This document shows, one piece after another, positions 1 through 8,943 of a DNA stretch of 64,000 bases; the stretch's first letter is position 1; each line of letters starts with the position of its first letter. A model generated the notes under the pieces. It saw only the letters and a list, made by a program, of their open reading frames with translations, searched no databases and was not told the DNA's origin. Origin of the DNA: Alphaproteobacteria bacterium (GTDB lineage Bacteria; Pseudomonadota; Alphaproteobacteria; Rickettsiales; SXRF01); contig JBDHUC010000004.1 in assembly GCA_039808985.1 (NCBI GenBank), positions 26,050 to 90,049 of the forward strand. Reading direction: 5' to 3'. The position numbers and the translations under genes are program-made.

Positions 1-107
1 TTGTTTAGTACCGCGTCAATCCGCGCCAGCGCCATATTGACAGTAACTTCCTTTTGCGCCTGCGCCTGCTCGACCAGGGTTATTCCCAGATGCGGGGTAG
101 TTGCCAT
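1..107 (-). CDS. N-terminal fragment of a DUF2793-like protein; the gene continues left of the window
   Basis: ATG at 107 (minus strand) with GGAGG 8 nt upstream (116-120). Translation MATTPHLGITLVEQAQAQKEVTVNMALARIDAVLN resembles the QAQKE-x-T-x-N...D N-terminal signature I recall for DUF2793. Too short to appear in the ORF track. Confidence 0.45.
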   Translation of the reverse strand, partial: MATTPHLGITLVEQAQAQKEVTVNMALARIDAVLN

Positions 108-213
108 GTTATTTGCCTCCTCTATTTACGTTTTGATTTATTTTGAATTTCAGGTTAATGTCATGGAAGTGGTTATTTTTAGATTTTATTGCTTCTGCTT
201 TTTTCTTGTACGA

Positions 214-335
214 GGCAGGCAAGGCGTAGTGTAGGGTAACAAATCCACAAGTGGGATTTGTTCTTATAACAAAATCCCGCATGCGGATTTTGTATACACG
301 AGCCGAAGCATAACAAAGTACAAGGGAAAACAGAC
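214..335. repeat. Family-F-like palindromic element carrying a nested family-B double hairpin (238-293)
   Basis: GGCAAGGCGTAGTGTA ... TACACGAGCCGAAGC arms match the F copies at 48178-48288 and 63623-63706. The inner AACAAATCCACAAGTGGGATTTGTT...ACAAAATCCCGCATGCGGATTTTGT matches 59383-59447. Confidence 0.7.
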
Positions 336-341
336 GCAATA

Positions 342-869
342 ATGCCGACAGCCGCTGAGGTAAACCGCCAGATTGATGCCTTGCCAAACAGTTATATTTT
401 CTGGACCCGCAAGGAAATACGCGCCCTCCCCCAAATATTGGATCATGACGAGCCTATAAAAGCTTTTACCTCTGGTTTTATGAATAATGCCACGTGGATA
501 GCCGTATGCACCGACCGGCGTATTATATTTCTCAACCGTGGCATGATATACGGCGAACGGCAACTGATGATACCTCTGGAGCGCGTTCAGGCCATCGACC
601 ATCAATCCACCATTTTCTTCGGCTCAATAACAGTGTGGGACGGCGCCAGCGCCTTCATGCTGAGCATGGTGCTTAAAAGCTCCATACTTCCATTCGTGAA
701 AACCACGCAGGAGCAGATGCAGGTGGTGCGCATGAATTCCAAACCCACCCCTCCTTCAACAGCAACAACAGATATTGCCAGCCAGCTTGCAAAACTCGCT
801 GATTTAAAGGAAAAAGGCCACCTGACCGAGGAAGAATTCCAGGCGCAGAAGAAGAAATTGCTGGGCTGA
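342..869 (+). CDS. bacterial PH (bPH_2/YokE-like) domain protein with a C-terminal SHOCT motif
   Basis: 175-aa ORF. The central region (IAVCTDRRIIFLNRGMIYGERQLMIPLERVQAID) fits the bPH_2 pattern. The C-terminal LAKLADLKEKGHLTEEEFQAQKKKLLG is a typical SHOCT tail. Confidence 0.6.
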   Translation: MPTAAEVNRQIDALPNSYIFWTRKEIRALPQILDHDEPIKAFTSGFMNNATWIAVCTDRRIIFLNRGMIYGERQLMIPLERVQAIDHQSTIFFGSITVWDGASAFMLSMVLKSSILPFVKTTQEQMQVVRMNSKPTPPSTATTDIASQLAKLADLKEKGHLTEEEFQAQKKKLLG

Positions 870-880
870 AATCAGCTATC

Positions 881-913
881 TGTCATTGCGAACACATGTG
901 AGTAATCCTTGCA
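881..913. repeat. Family-E short element (TGTCATTGCGA...)
   Basis: TGTCATTGCGAACACATGTGAGTAATCCTTGCA shares the TTGTCATTGCGA...AATCC pattern with 23313-23352. Confidence 0.55.
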
Positions 914-1021
914 AATCAAGGCTTAATGCGCCTTAACATTAATTGTCACATAAGTTTCACACTATTCGCCGTGTTTTATGTTAAAGTACGGGAATTAATT
1001 TTAATTCAGGGACTTAATTAT

Positions 1022-1297
1022 ATGTCAGAAGATTCAGAACCATTAACACCGCTAACGCCAGAACTGGCGCAGAAACTTTACAAAGAAGCTTGCGGCCCTG
1101 ATGCTTACGCTCTTGCGAAGTTAGCCTGTGAAAAACATGATTTTGAAGAATGGCTGTTTAATGAAAGCAAGAAGATCCTGCGTGATGTTTCTGATTCTGT
1201 TAGAGGCTTTGAGAAGCGAGTGAATCATTTTATACAAAACCCCGCCCCTACCCCACCACAAGGTAAAATACCAGCAACTGATTCTCCACACAGATAA
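1022..1297 (+). CDS. hypothetical protein
   Basis: ORF 926-1297. The first ATG in frame is at 1022 (MSEDSEPLTP...). The upstream TTG extension encodes low-complexity hydrophobic text. No recognised domain. Confidence 0.45.
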   Translation: MSEDSEPLTPLTPELAQKLYKEACGPDAYALAKLACEKHDFEEWLFNESKKILRDVSDSVRGFEKRVNHFIQNPAPTPPQGKIPATDSPHR

Positions 1298-1312
1298 CCG
1301 ATTGGATAAAAT

Positions 1313-1669
1313 ATGCCTAAAGAATTAGAAGACCTAACTAAAGAACAACTTATTGGGATAATAAAAACCCAGCAAGATGAAGCTGATCGGTTGAATGATA
1401 AAAAACTTAAAGGCTGTTTAATGGGTGCTGCCCCTGGGGCACTCTTAAGCCTTTCTGGCCATCTATATGCAGGAATCCCCATGGCGATAGCAGGTTGCGC
1501 GACTGTCAGCGGAGCCGTTGATGCTTACGACATGGTAACAAACAGCAGAGGGGCAAGAGCTTTAGAAAAAACCTTGCAAGAAGCCGGAAATGATATTGAA
1601 AAATTAACCAATCCCCGGCACGGCCTGCCAGAACAGCAGCAGCCACAAAAGCGGCAACAGGGTCGCTGA
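1313..1669 (+). CDS. hypothetical protein with a Gly/Ala-rich hydrophobic core
   Basis: 118-aa ORF. It has a coiled N-terminus, a central GAAPGALLSLSGHLYAGIPMAIAGCATVSGAV segment (glycine-zipper-like) and a Q-rich basic tail. No recognised family. Confidence 0.45.
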   Translation: MPKELEDLTKEQLIGIIKTQQDEADRLNDKKLKGCLMGAAPGALLSLSGHLYAGIPMAIAGCATVSGAVDAYDMVTNSRGARALEKTLQEAGNDIEKLTNPRHGLPEQQQPQKRQQGR

Positions 1670-1746
1670 TTATTATAGCCGTCATGTATAAAAATCATAC
1701 ATGCGGCTCTTGCTAATCTCCAAAAATATTTTATAAATAGCGTTTC

Positions 1747-1776
1747 CTGTCACCCCGCATTTATTGCGGGGTCTGG
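1747..1776. repeat. Family-D solo hairpin (TGTCACCCCGC...GCGGGGTCTGG)
   Basis: CTGTCACCCCGCATTTATTGCGGGGTCTGG. The same hairpin occurs at 6921-6952, 40848-40878, 41178-41208 and 56952-56982. Confidence 0.8.
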
Positions 1777-1808
1777 AGTAAAACGCGCTATATCAACGAG
1801 ATAAAATC

Positions 1809-3626
1809 ATGACCAAAACCTATGGTAAATCCACCCTTCCCTCCCGCCATGTAACCGAAGGGCCGCAACGTGCTCCGCACCGTTCCTATCTTTACGCCAT
1901 GGGCATAACCGAAGCGGCTATACATGCGCCGCTAGTTGGTGTCGCCACCACCTGGAACGAAGCCGCGCCATGCAACATCACTCTCGCCCGTCAGGCGCAG
2001 GTGGTAAAAAAAGGCGTGGCGGCAGCAGGTGGAACCCCTCGTGAATTTACGACAATCACCGTAACCGATGGCATCGCAATGGGGCACCAGGGCATGAAAT
2101 CATCGCTGGTTTCGCGTGAGGTGATAGCCGATTCGGTCGAGCTTACCATGCGCGGCCATTCCTATGACGCACTGGTCGGGCTTGCAGGCTGCGATAAATC
2201 CCTGCCCGGCCTGATGATGGCTATGGTTCGCCTGAACGTGCCCAGCGTATTCATCTATGGCGGCTCTATACTTCCGGGAAAATTCAAGGGCAAACAGGTG
2301 ACTGTTGTCGATGTATTCGAAGGGGTGGGAAGCCACAGCGCGGGCAATATGAGCGAAGAAGATCTGCACGAGCTGGAACAGGTCGCCTGCCCATCGGCTG
2401 GTTCATGCGGCGGGCAGTTCACCGCCAACACCATGGCCTGCGTGTCCGAAGCCATAGGCCTTGCCCTGCCCGGCTCCGCTGGTGCTCCTGCGCCTTATGA
2501 ATCGCGTGACCAGTTTGGGTTCGAGTCTGGCCGCGCGGTTATGGAACTGCTCAAAAACAAAATCCGCCCGCGCGATATAGTCACCCGCAAGGCATTGGAA
2601 AACGCCGCAGCAGTGGTCGCGGCAACCGGCGGTTCGACCAATGCAGCGCTTCACCTGCCAGCTATCGCCAATGAATGCGGCATTGACTTTGACATCCACG
2701 CGGTCGGCGAAGTATTCAAGCGCACCCCATACCTTGCCGATTTGATGCCCGGCGGCAAATATTCCGCCAAGGATATGTATGAGGCAGGCGGCGTTCAGAT
2801 AGTTCTCAAAACCCTGCTTGACGGCGGCTACCTCCATGGCGATGGCCTGACCGTAACCGGAAAAACAATGGCCGAGAATTTGAAAAATGTAAAATTCCCT
2901 ACATTCCGTCATCCTGTGAATCACTCCAGTGATTGCACAGGATCTAAGACGGCAAAAGATCCTGCGCAACCGCTTCGCCCCTCGCAGGATGACAGTGAGG
3001 GCCAGAATGTTGTCCGTCCCTATAACGACCCGATAACCCCAACCGGCGGCGTAGTAGTGCTTAAAGGCAACCTTGCCCCGGAAGGAGCAATCGTAAAAGT
3101 CGCAGGCATGAAGAATCTGGTATTTAAAGGCACCGCGCTATGTTTTGATTGCGAGGAAGATGCCTTCGCTGCGGTCGAGAAAAAGCAATATAAGGAAGGC
3201 GATGTTATAGTCATACGTTATGAAGGCCCACGCGGCGGCCCAGGTATGCGCGAAATGCTATCAACCACCGCTGCCCTCTATGGGCAGGGCGCTGGCGATA
3301 AGGTAGCGCTTATAACTGATGGTCGTTTTTCCGGCGGCACCCGTGGTTTCTGCATAGGCCATGTCGGCCCCGAAGCGGCAGTTGGCGGCCCTATCGGCCT
3401 GCTAAAGAACGGCGATGTTATAACTATTGATGCAACAAACTCCACCATCCATGTTGAACTTTCCGATGCCGAACTGGAAAAACGCCGCGCAGAATGGAAA
3501 CCACGCAGAAATGATTACGGCTCCGGCGCATTGTGGAAATACGCGCAGATCGTAGGCCCGGCAGAAAAAGGCGCGCTGACTCATCCCGGCGCAAACGCAG
3601 AAACCAAAGCCTATGCGGATATTTAA
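1809..3626 (+). CDS. ilvD: dihydroxy-acid dehydratase, carrying an in-frame repeat-element insertion
   Basis: 605-aa ORF with IlvD/Edd signatures throughout ([53 protein letters not shown]). Confidence 0.93.
   Translation: MTKTYGKSTLPSRHVTEGPQRAPHRSYLYAMGITEAAIHAPLVGVATTWNEAAPCNITLARQAQVVKKGVAAAGGTPREFTTITVTDGIAMGHQGMKSSLVSREVIADSVELTMRGHSYDALVGLAGCDKSLPGLMMAMVRLNVPSVFIYGGSILPGKFKGKQVTVVDVFEGVGSHSAGNMSEEDLHELEQVACPSAGSCGGQFTANTMACVSEAIGLALPGSAGAPAPYESRDQFGFESGRAVMELLKNKIRPRDIVTRKALENAAAVVAATGGSTNAALHLPAIANECGIDFDIHAVGEVFKRTPYLADLMPGGKYSAKDMYEAGGVQIVLKTLLDGGYLHGDGLTVTGKTMAENLKNVKFPTFRHPVNHSSDCTGSKTAKDPAQPLRPSQDDSEGQNVVRPYNDPITPTGGVVVLKGNLAPEGAIVKVAGMKNLVFKGTALCFDCEEDAFAAVEKKQYKEGDVIVIRYEGPRGGPGMREMLSTTAALYGQGAGDKVALITDGRFSGGTRGFCIGHVGPEAAVGGPIGLLKNGDVITIDATNSTIHVELSDAELEKRRAEWKPRRNDYGSGALWKYAQIVGPAEKGALTHPGANAETKAYADI
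2908..2993. repeat. Family-C double-hairpin element inserted in-frame in ilvD
   Basis: GTCATCCTGTGA...GCACAGGATCT ... GATCCTGCGCAA...CGCAGGATGAC. The same two-stem architecture occurs in the intergenic copies at 24698-24800, 34574-34662, 6957-7045 and 57040-57152. Confidence 0.8.
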
Positions 3627-4572
3627 ACTGCTGTTTAATCCACTGCTTATATGTATTGCAGCAGGGATAGCCTATGGGGTCTGCCTGCTTTCCGGCAGGT
3701 TCTGGCTGGCCGACCTTGTAGTCCATTTCCGCCTGCATATGACAGTAGCTTTTTTTATGTTCGCTATTTTATTCATCCTGCAAAAACATTGGCGCTATTC
3801 GCTGTGTATGCTTGCATTCTCCATTTGCTCTGCAATCGCGGTCCAGTCAGCCTTTGCGCCACCATCGCAGCCGGAGGGAACCGCAAAAGCAAGCCTTAAA
3901 ATACTGCAGTTTAATATACTTTATACAAATGAGGAATTTGCAAAAGCCATACCATGGATAATAGCTCAGGACGCCGATATAGTGGTATTGCAGGAGGTGA
4001 ATGAAGCCCGCGCCGGGGAAATGGGGCCTCTTAAAGAATATTACAAATGGTCGCAGATAAAAATAAACCCGCAGCGCGAAGCTTTCGGTATGGCTATATT
4101 CAGCAACCTTCCAGTAACAAAATTCGATTACGTGAATATAGGCCGGGGATGGAATAAATATACCAGGACAGAGTTCATGGTGAATAATACCCCATTTCAT
4201 CTCTACGAATTACACACACCGCCGCCTATGTCGCGGTTTTTCTTTTCCCAGCGTAACCGTGCTTTAGAACTCATGGGCAATCTTCTTTCCGAGGACCAGA
4301 CACAGCACCGTATCCTGCTTGGCGACCTGAACACGACTATTTACTCGCCATTTTTTAGCAATATACTTTCAAAAACCGGAATGCACCATGCCCAGCAGGG
4401 CTATAATATGGAGGGAACATGGCCGCAAGCCCTGCCAATGCCGCTTAGAATAGGAATAGACCATATAATAGCATCGAGGCAGGTAAAGGTTGAAAGCCGG
4501 GAAGTCCAGGGGTACCATGGCTCCGACCATTTGCCGGTAATAACAAAACTAACATTTTATGAGGATAAATAA
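3613..4572 (+). CDS. membrane-anchored endonuclease/exonuclease/phosphatase (EEP) family protein (COG3021/YafD-like)
   Basis: Three N-terminal hydrophobic helices are followed by EEP motifs ([37 protein letters not shown]). The start overlaps the ilvD stop by 14 nt. Confidence 0.7.
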   Translation: MRIFKLLFNPLLICIAAGIAYGVCLLSGRFWLADLVVHFRLHMTVAFFMFAILFILQKHWRYSLCMLAFSICSAIAVQSAFAPPSQPEGTAKASLKILQFNILYTNEEFAKAIPWIIAQDADIVVLQEVNEARAGEMGPLKEYYKWSQIKINPQREAFGMAIFSNLPVTKFDYVNIGRGWNKYTRTEFMVNNTPFHLYELHTPPPMSRFFFSQRNRALELMGNLLSEDQTQHRILLGDLNTTIYSPFFSNILSKTGMHHAQQGYNMEGTWPQALPMPLRIGIDHIIASRQVKVESREVQGYHGSDHLPVITKLTFYEDK

Positions 4573-5282
4573 TGGCAAGCAAAATGAGCAGGGATACAGC
4601 CCTGTTTTATCACTACATACTGGATCAGATATTTCCTCCTATTATCAGGGATTGTCGCTTTATAATGGCAATTCCAATGTGGTTATTATTCCGGCATCGT
4701 TATAAATACTACCTGGATTTCAAGAAAAAGGCGTTTTCACTTACCGAAGAAGGATTCCGCGATTACTACAGGACGGTAAATGATACCGCCATCAGCCGCG
4801 AAACCGATTTAAACAAAGCCTGCATTGCTAAAATAATAGAATCAGTAACACCAGGCAAAATATTGGATGTAGGCTGCGGGCGTGGGTTTTTAATAAACCT
4901 GCTTTTACAAAAACATACAGATGTTTCCGGCGTTGATATTTACATAACAGATTCCTTGAAGCAGCGCTATCCGCACGTAAAATTCTACGAGGAAAATGTA
5001 GAATCACTCCCCTTTCCCGACAAACATTTCGACACAGTAATATGCACCCATACATTAGAGCATGTAAGGAACCTCGCAAACGCCACAGCAGAGCTTCGCC
5101 GAGTTGCTAAAAAACTGATCATAATTGTTCCCAGGCAGCGCCCTTATAAATACACATTTGACCTGCATCTGAACTTCTTTCCATATCTTTATTCACTACT
5201 GTCAGTGATGGGAAAAACCAGGGGGGAAGTTATATGCGAAGATGTGGATGATGACATTTTTTATATGGAAACCACCGGATGA
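4572..5282 (+). CDS. class I SAM-dependent methyltransferase
   Basis: Motif I ILDVGCGRGFL and the Methyltransf_11-like LPFPDKHFDTVICTHTLEHV. TAATG overlap with the upstream gene. Confidence 0.75.
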   Translation: MASKMSRDTALFYHYILDQIFPPIIRDCRFIMAIPMWLLFRHRYKYYLDFKKKAFSLTEEGFRDYYRTVNDTAISRETDLNKACIAKIIESVTPGKILDVGCGRGFLINLLLQKHTDVSGVDIYITDSLKQRYPHVKFYEENVESLPFPDKHFDTVICTHTLEHVRNLANATAELRRVAKKLIIIVPRQRPYKYTFDLHLNFFPYLYSLLSVMGKTRGEVICEDVDDDIFYMETTG

Positions 5283-6796
5283 TTAAGCGCAATGCGCCTG
5301 TAATATTGCTATTTTTGTTTGTTTTAGCTTCTGGCAGTATTACCTTATGCTATATACTCTCGATGCGTTACGAATTGAAAACCAGCGCGGTTGACGGGCT
5401 TTCCTTTGCGCAAATTCTTTTCAACTTCCTGTCTGGCAACGGCTTAACCACAAGCATACCACCGCCTTATATTGAGCAGAACTGGCTAGGCATCCATTTT
5501 TCGCCGATATTATATTTGCTGGCTCCGGTTTATTATTTTTCCCCCCATATCGAAACATTGCTAACCATCCAAAGTTTTGGCATTGCCCTGGCCGCTATCC
5601 CATTATTTCTTGCCTCCAGGACATTACTGAAATCTCAGTGGTACGCCCTTGTAATTGCAATATTTTATCTCACAAACCCCTTTGTAATAAATGCCCAGAT
5701 ATGGGATTTCCACGAAATAGCATTTGCCCCCTTGGTAATCTCCATGATTTTATGGTCTGTTATCCATAAAAACAGAAAATACTTTATTATTTTTTGCACC
5801 ATACTGCTTACAATCAAAGAGCATTACGGCCTAGCTGTATTTGGCTCCGGGCTGCTCTGGGCTTATTACTGGCGCGATGTAAAATTCGGTATGGCAGTTG
5901 CTGCTTTAGGGCTTTTATTTCTGGCTCTTGTTATAGGCATGATTATGCCGCATTTTAGTCCACTTGGTTCTGCGCTTATGCTCAGCAATCAAAAAACCGT
6001 CGGTTTTTTCAACTGGCTGGGCCATCCTTTTGCCGATAGTGATTTATTAGCAAGGCAGGTGGTTAATGGCATATTTTATGGAATAATGATTGTCCTGCCC
6101 CTCTGGTTCCAGCCGCTATTATCCTTTACCTGGCTCTTGCCAGCCATGGCTGATATAGCAACTAACACATTATCTATCAACGACCTGATGCGTGCGCCAC
6201 AATCATACCATACGGCTGCAATTATACCTATTTTGCTTGTTGCCTATGCTAAAACCCTCTCAAACCGCTATAGCGCAGCAAGCAAATTAAAAATTTCCGA
6301 TATGTTGATCGCAACGGCTGCCTTATCGGCATTTTTTTCTTATAGCTTTACTGCATTGCCCAATTTACCTAACAATTCGTTTGAATTATCTAAATTTAAA
6401 TTTTCACTTCCACCGGCTGACAAATCTGTGCGTGATGAGATAATAAAAATCATCGGGCCAGATTCATCTATTGCCGGACCAATGAATATACTTCCTCAAA
6501 TTCCTGTACGTAGAAATATGTACCTTTTTCCTGATAGGTATGAAGACGCTGATTATATTGTAATAAACACCCGGATTGTTTTTGAAAAGCGCCCTGCCTA
6601 TTTTACTGAAAAGCATTTCCAGGCACTGAAGGAAATAATGGGCGATAAGAACTGGACAGTTGCCTTTTACCGTGACAACTGGCTTTTATTCAAGCATGGC
6701 GGCAAGGAAAATACCGAATTATCAGCTAGAGCTGCTGATGATTTGCAGAAATTACAGGTAAAAGTCATGGAACATAACAAAAAACTGCATAATTAA
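5279..6796 (+). CDS. polytopic membrane protein, DUF2079-like
   Basis: 505 aa with roughly 12 hydrophobic segments. GIHFSPILYLLAPVYYF and DFHEIAFAPL resemble the DUF2079 core as I recall it. ATGA overlap with the methyltransferase gene. Confidence 0.5.
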   Translation: MIKRNAPVILLFLFVLASGSITLCYILSMRYELKTSAVDGLSFAQILFNFLSGNGLTTSIPPPYIEQNWLGIHFSPILYLLAPVYYFSPHIETLLTIQSFGIALAAIPLFLASRTLLKSQWYALVIAIFYLTNPFVINAQIWDFHEIAFAPLVISMILWSVIHKNRKYFIIFCTILLTIKEHYGLAVFGSGLLWAYYWRDVKFGMAVAALGLLFLALVIGMIMPHFSPLGSALMLSNQKTVGFFNWLGHPFADSDLLARQVVNGIFYGIMIVLPLWFQPLLSFTWLLPAMADIATNTLSINDLMRAPQSYHTAAIIPILLVAYAKTLSNRYSAASKLKISDMLIATAALSAFFSYSFTALPNLPNNSFELSKFKFSLPPADKSVRDEIIKIIGPDSSIAGPMNILPQIPVRRNMYLFPDRYEDADYIVINTRIVFEKRPAYFTEKHFQALKEIMGDKNWTVAFYRDNWLLFKHGGKENTELSARAADDLQKLQVKVMEHNKKLHN

Positions 6797-6802
6797 ATGC
6801 GG

Positions 6803-7060
6803 CCATCCTGTGAGGCGCGCAACGGCAACAACGTCATCCTGCAAATTCGTAAGTATTGCGCAGGATCTCATGATATTTTCTCAGTTTGTCATGCCGCCGG
6901 ATGGCGGTATCCGGTATTAAGCCCCAGACCCCGCAACAAATGCGGGGCGACAGTTTCCGTCCTGTGAGGCGCGCAACGACTGCACAGAATCTGTATCAAT
7001 AATCCTGATATCCTGCGCAATTGCCACTGCAATTCGCAGGACGACACCCACTCACACTAA
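6803..7060. repeat. Nested cluster of family-C and family-D elements
   Basis: Truncated C hairpin-1 arm (6803-6824), reverse C hairpin-2 (6833-6871), reverse D double hairpin (6886-6952), then a complete C element (6957-7045) with the ACACCCACTCACACTA tail. Confidence 0.8.
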
Positions 7061-7093
7061 CGCCCACACCAACCAACAGCCCTTCACAAATTT

Positions 7094-8485
7094 TCACCCT
7101 ACCTTTTCCTCAGCAGTGGCAATTCCCAGCAATTTAAGCTTGCGGTGCAAGGCCGAGCGTTCCATACCCACAAAAGAAGATGTGCGAGAAATATTCCCGC
7201 CAAAACGTTCTATCTGCGCGGCCAGATATTGTTTTTCGAACAGCTCCCGGGCTTCACGCAACACCATCGACATAATATCGGCATTAGTTTCCGGACGCGC
7301 CAGCACAGGGTTTGAAGTCAGTATTTCCGGCGGCAACTCGTCAGCGGTAATATTTTCTGTTTTCCCGGTAGTCATGATAAGCAGCCATTCCATCATATTA
7401 CGAAGCTGGCGCACATTCCCCGGCCAGCTATATGCCTGAAGCATAACAATAGCTTCCTGCGACAGCGAGCGCACAGGCAAACCAGCGATTTCAGAAGCCC
7501 GTTTTAAAAAATAGCTGCAAAGCTCTGGTATATCTTCGCGGCGTTCCTTAAGCGATGGGATACGAACCGGAACCACATTAAGCCGGTAATACAGATCTTC
7601 GCGGAAGCGTCCGGCAGCAATTTCATTTTCCAGATTATGGTTGCTGGCAGCAATAACCCGCACATCAACTTCCACCTTCTGTTTGCCACGCTGGCGGGTA
7701 AAGCTCTGCTCCTGTAATGCCCGCAGGATTTTTCCCTGTATTTCCAGCGGCAGGTCAAGCACCTCGTCAATAAACAATGTGCCATTATGTGCGCGTTCCA
7801 GAAGCCCAAGTTTTTCTGCTCCTCCGGTCGGATTCGTATCCTCGATACCAAATAATTCCGCTTCAACCCGGTCCGCGGTTAAGCCGGAAACATTCATAAC
7901 CACGAAATTAGCGGCTGAACGTGTTGATTTAGCGTGGATCATCCTCGCGTACATTTCTTTGCCAGTTCCCGGAGCGCCAGTTATAAGCACCCGGCTGGCG
8001 GTTGGCGCAATTTTTTCCAACGCATTGCGAAGCTGTTGTACGGTCTGGGAAGTGCCATTTAGCTGCATTTCAAACTTGCCGCGTGATTTAAGCTCAGTAT
8101 TTTCATTGCGCAGCTTGGCATTTTCCAGTGCGCGGGCGACAACCAGAAGCAGCCTATCCTCTTTAAATGGTTTTTCGATAAAATCATAAGCCCCCATTTT
8201 AATAGCCGAAACCGCAGTTTCTATATTTCCATGGCCGCTTATCATAATAACCGGAATATGGGGATATTTCTTCTTAACCATTTCCAGTATTCCAAGCCCA
8301 TCAAGCTCGCTGCCCTGCAACCATATATCCAGGACTATAGCCGACGGCACACGTTCAGCGAGCGCTTTGAATGCAAAATCACTGTTATGAGCCACTCTTG
8401 TGTCATATTTAGCATCTTTAAGAATATCGGAGATTAATTCGCGGATGTCTGCTTCATCATCAATAATCAATATGTCAGCGGTCAT
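7094..8485 (-). CDS. ntrX: sigma-54-interacting response regulator NtrX
   Basis: Receiver (ILIIDDEADIRE...VLDIWLQG), AAA+ (ITGAPGTGKE) and a C-terminal HTH. Strong resemblance to alphaproteobacterial NtrX, and it lies downstream of ntrY. Confidence 0.85.
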   Translation of the reverse strand: MTADILIIDDEADIRELISDILKDAKYDTRVAHNSDFAFKALAERVPSAIVLDIWLQGSELDGLGILEMVKKKYPHIPVIMISGHGNIETAVSAIKMGAYDFIEKPFKEDRLLLVVARALENAKLRNENTELKSRGKFEMQLNGTSQTVQQLRNALEKIAPTASRVLITGAPGTGKEMYARMIHAKSTRSAANFVVMNVSGLTADRVEAELFGIEDTNPTGGAEKLGLLERAHNGTLFIDEVLDLPLEIQGKILRALQEQSFTRQRGKQKVEVDVRVIAASNHNLENEIAAGRFREDLYYRLNVVPVRIPSLKERREDIPELCSYFLKRASEIAGLPVRSLSQEAIVMLQAYSWPGNVRQLRNMMEWLLIMTTGKTENITADELPPEILTSNPVLARPETNADIMSMVLREARELFEKQYLAAQIERFGGNISRTSSFVGMERSALHRKLKLLGIATAEEKVG

Positions 8486-8898
8486 ATTACCTCTAGTTGC
8501 AAGTAATTAGTGGTTAGTGATAAGTCATCAGAAGAAACAAGCTTTTTATGTAATGATTTTTGCAATCCATTCACCATGCGCCCTACCTCATCTGCGCTTT
8601 CTTTTAATATATCAAGATTTTCTATGCTTATAAAACCTAGATTTTTAGCAATAACAAGCTGTGTCTGTAATTCTGCAAGCGAGCCATTGCTAATGCTTAT
8701 AAATCTTAAAAAATCCTTTGTGCTTTCCCGACAAGAGCCTTCCGCTATATTGCTTGGTATTGAAACAGCGGCTCTGCGCATTTGCGCTGTAAGGCCATAT
8801 ATTTCTTCCTTAGGAAAAGATGCAGTGCAGTTATAAACCTGCGTTACAAGATTTACAGCTTTTTGCCAGACTTTTAGTTCCTCGTAATAATGTGCCAC
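8482..8898 (-). CDS. four-helix-bundle protein (23S rRNA intervening-sequence protein / Avd superfamily)
   Basis: GTG start with AGGAAA upstream. KVWQKA...FPKEEIYGLTAQMRRAAVSIPSNIAEG...GSLAELQTQL is the canonical TIGR02436/PF05635 pattern. Its stop overlaps the ntrX ATG (ATGA). Confidence 0.85.
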   Translation of the reverse strand: MAHYYEELKVWQKAVNLVTQVYNCTASFPKEEIYGLTAQMRRAAVSIPSNIAEGSCRESTKDFLRFISISNGSLAELQTQLVIAKNLGFISIENLDILKESADEVGRMVNGLQKSLHKKLVSSDDLSLTTNYLQLEVI

Positions 8899-8943
8899 TA
8901 TCAGCTTTCCTGCTTTCTCTTATCACTACTTTCCTACCACTAA
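8505..8943. mobile_element. Inverted-repeat-bounded cassette carrying the four-helix-bundle gene between ntrY and ntrX
   Basis: Left arm TTAGTGGTTAGTGATAAG (8507-8524) and right arm CTTATCACTACTTTCCTACCACTAA (8919-8943) form an imperfect inverted repeat. The cassette exactly fills the ntrY-ntrX junction. Confidence 0.5.

Noticed and set aside
1-234. Plus-strand ORF 1-234 (77 aa)
   Set aside because: It has no start context and a hydrophobic, low-complexity translation. It overlaps the better-supported minus-strand start (RBS plus a DUF2793-like N-terminus) and repeat DNA.
1809-3626. ilvD as a pseudogene disrupted by the repeat
   Set aside because: The reading frame is continuous with no stop or frameshift, and conserved motifs are present on both sides of the insert. 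It is therefore called an intact gene with an in-frame insertion.
8482-8898. Possible diversity-generating retroelement, because the four-helix-bundle proteins belong to the Avd superfamily
   Set aside because: No reverse transcriptase ORF and no template/variable repeat pair with adenine-specific differences is present near either copy (8482-8898 or 62125-62505). The flanking repeats are inverted hairpin arms, not TR/VR.
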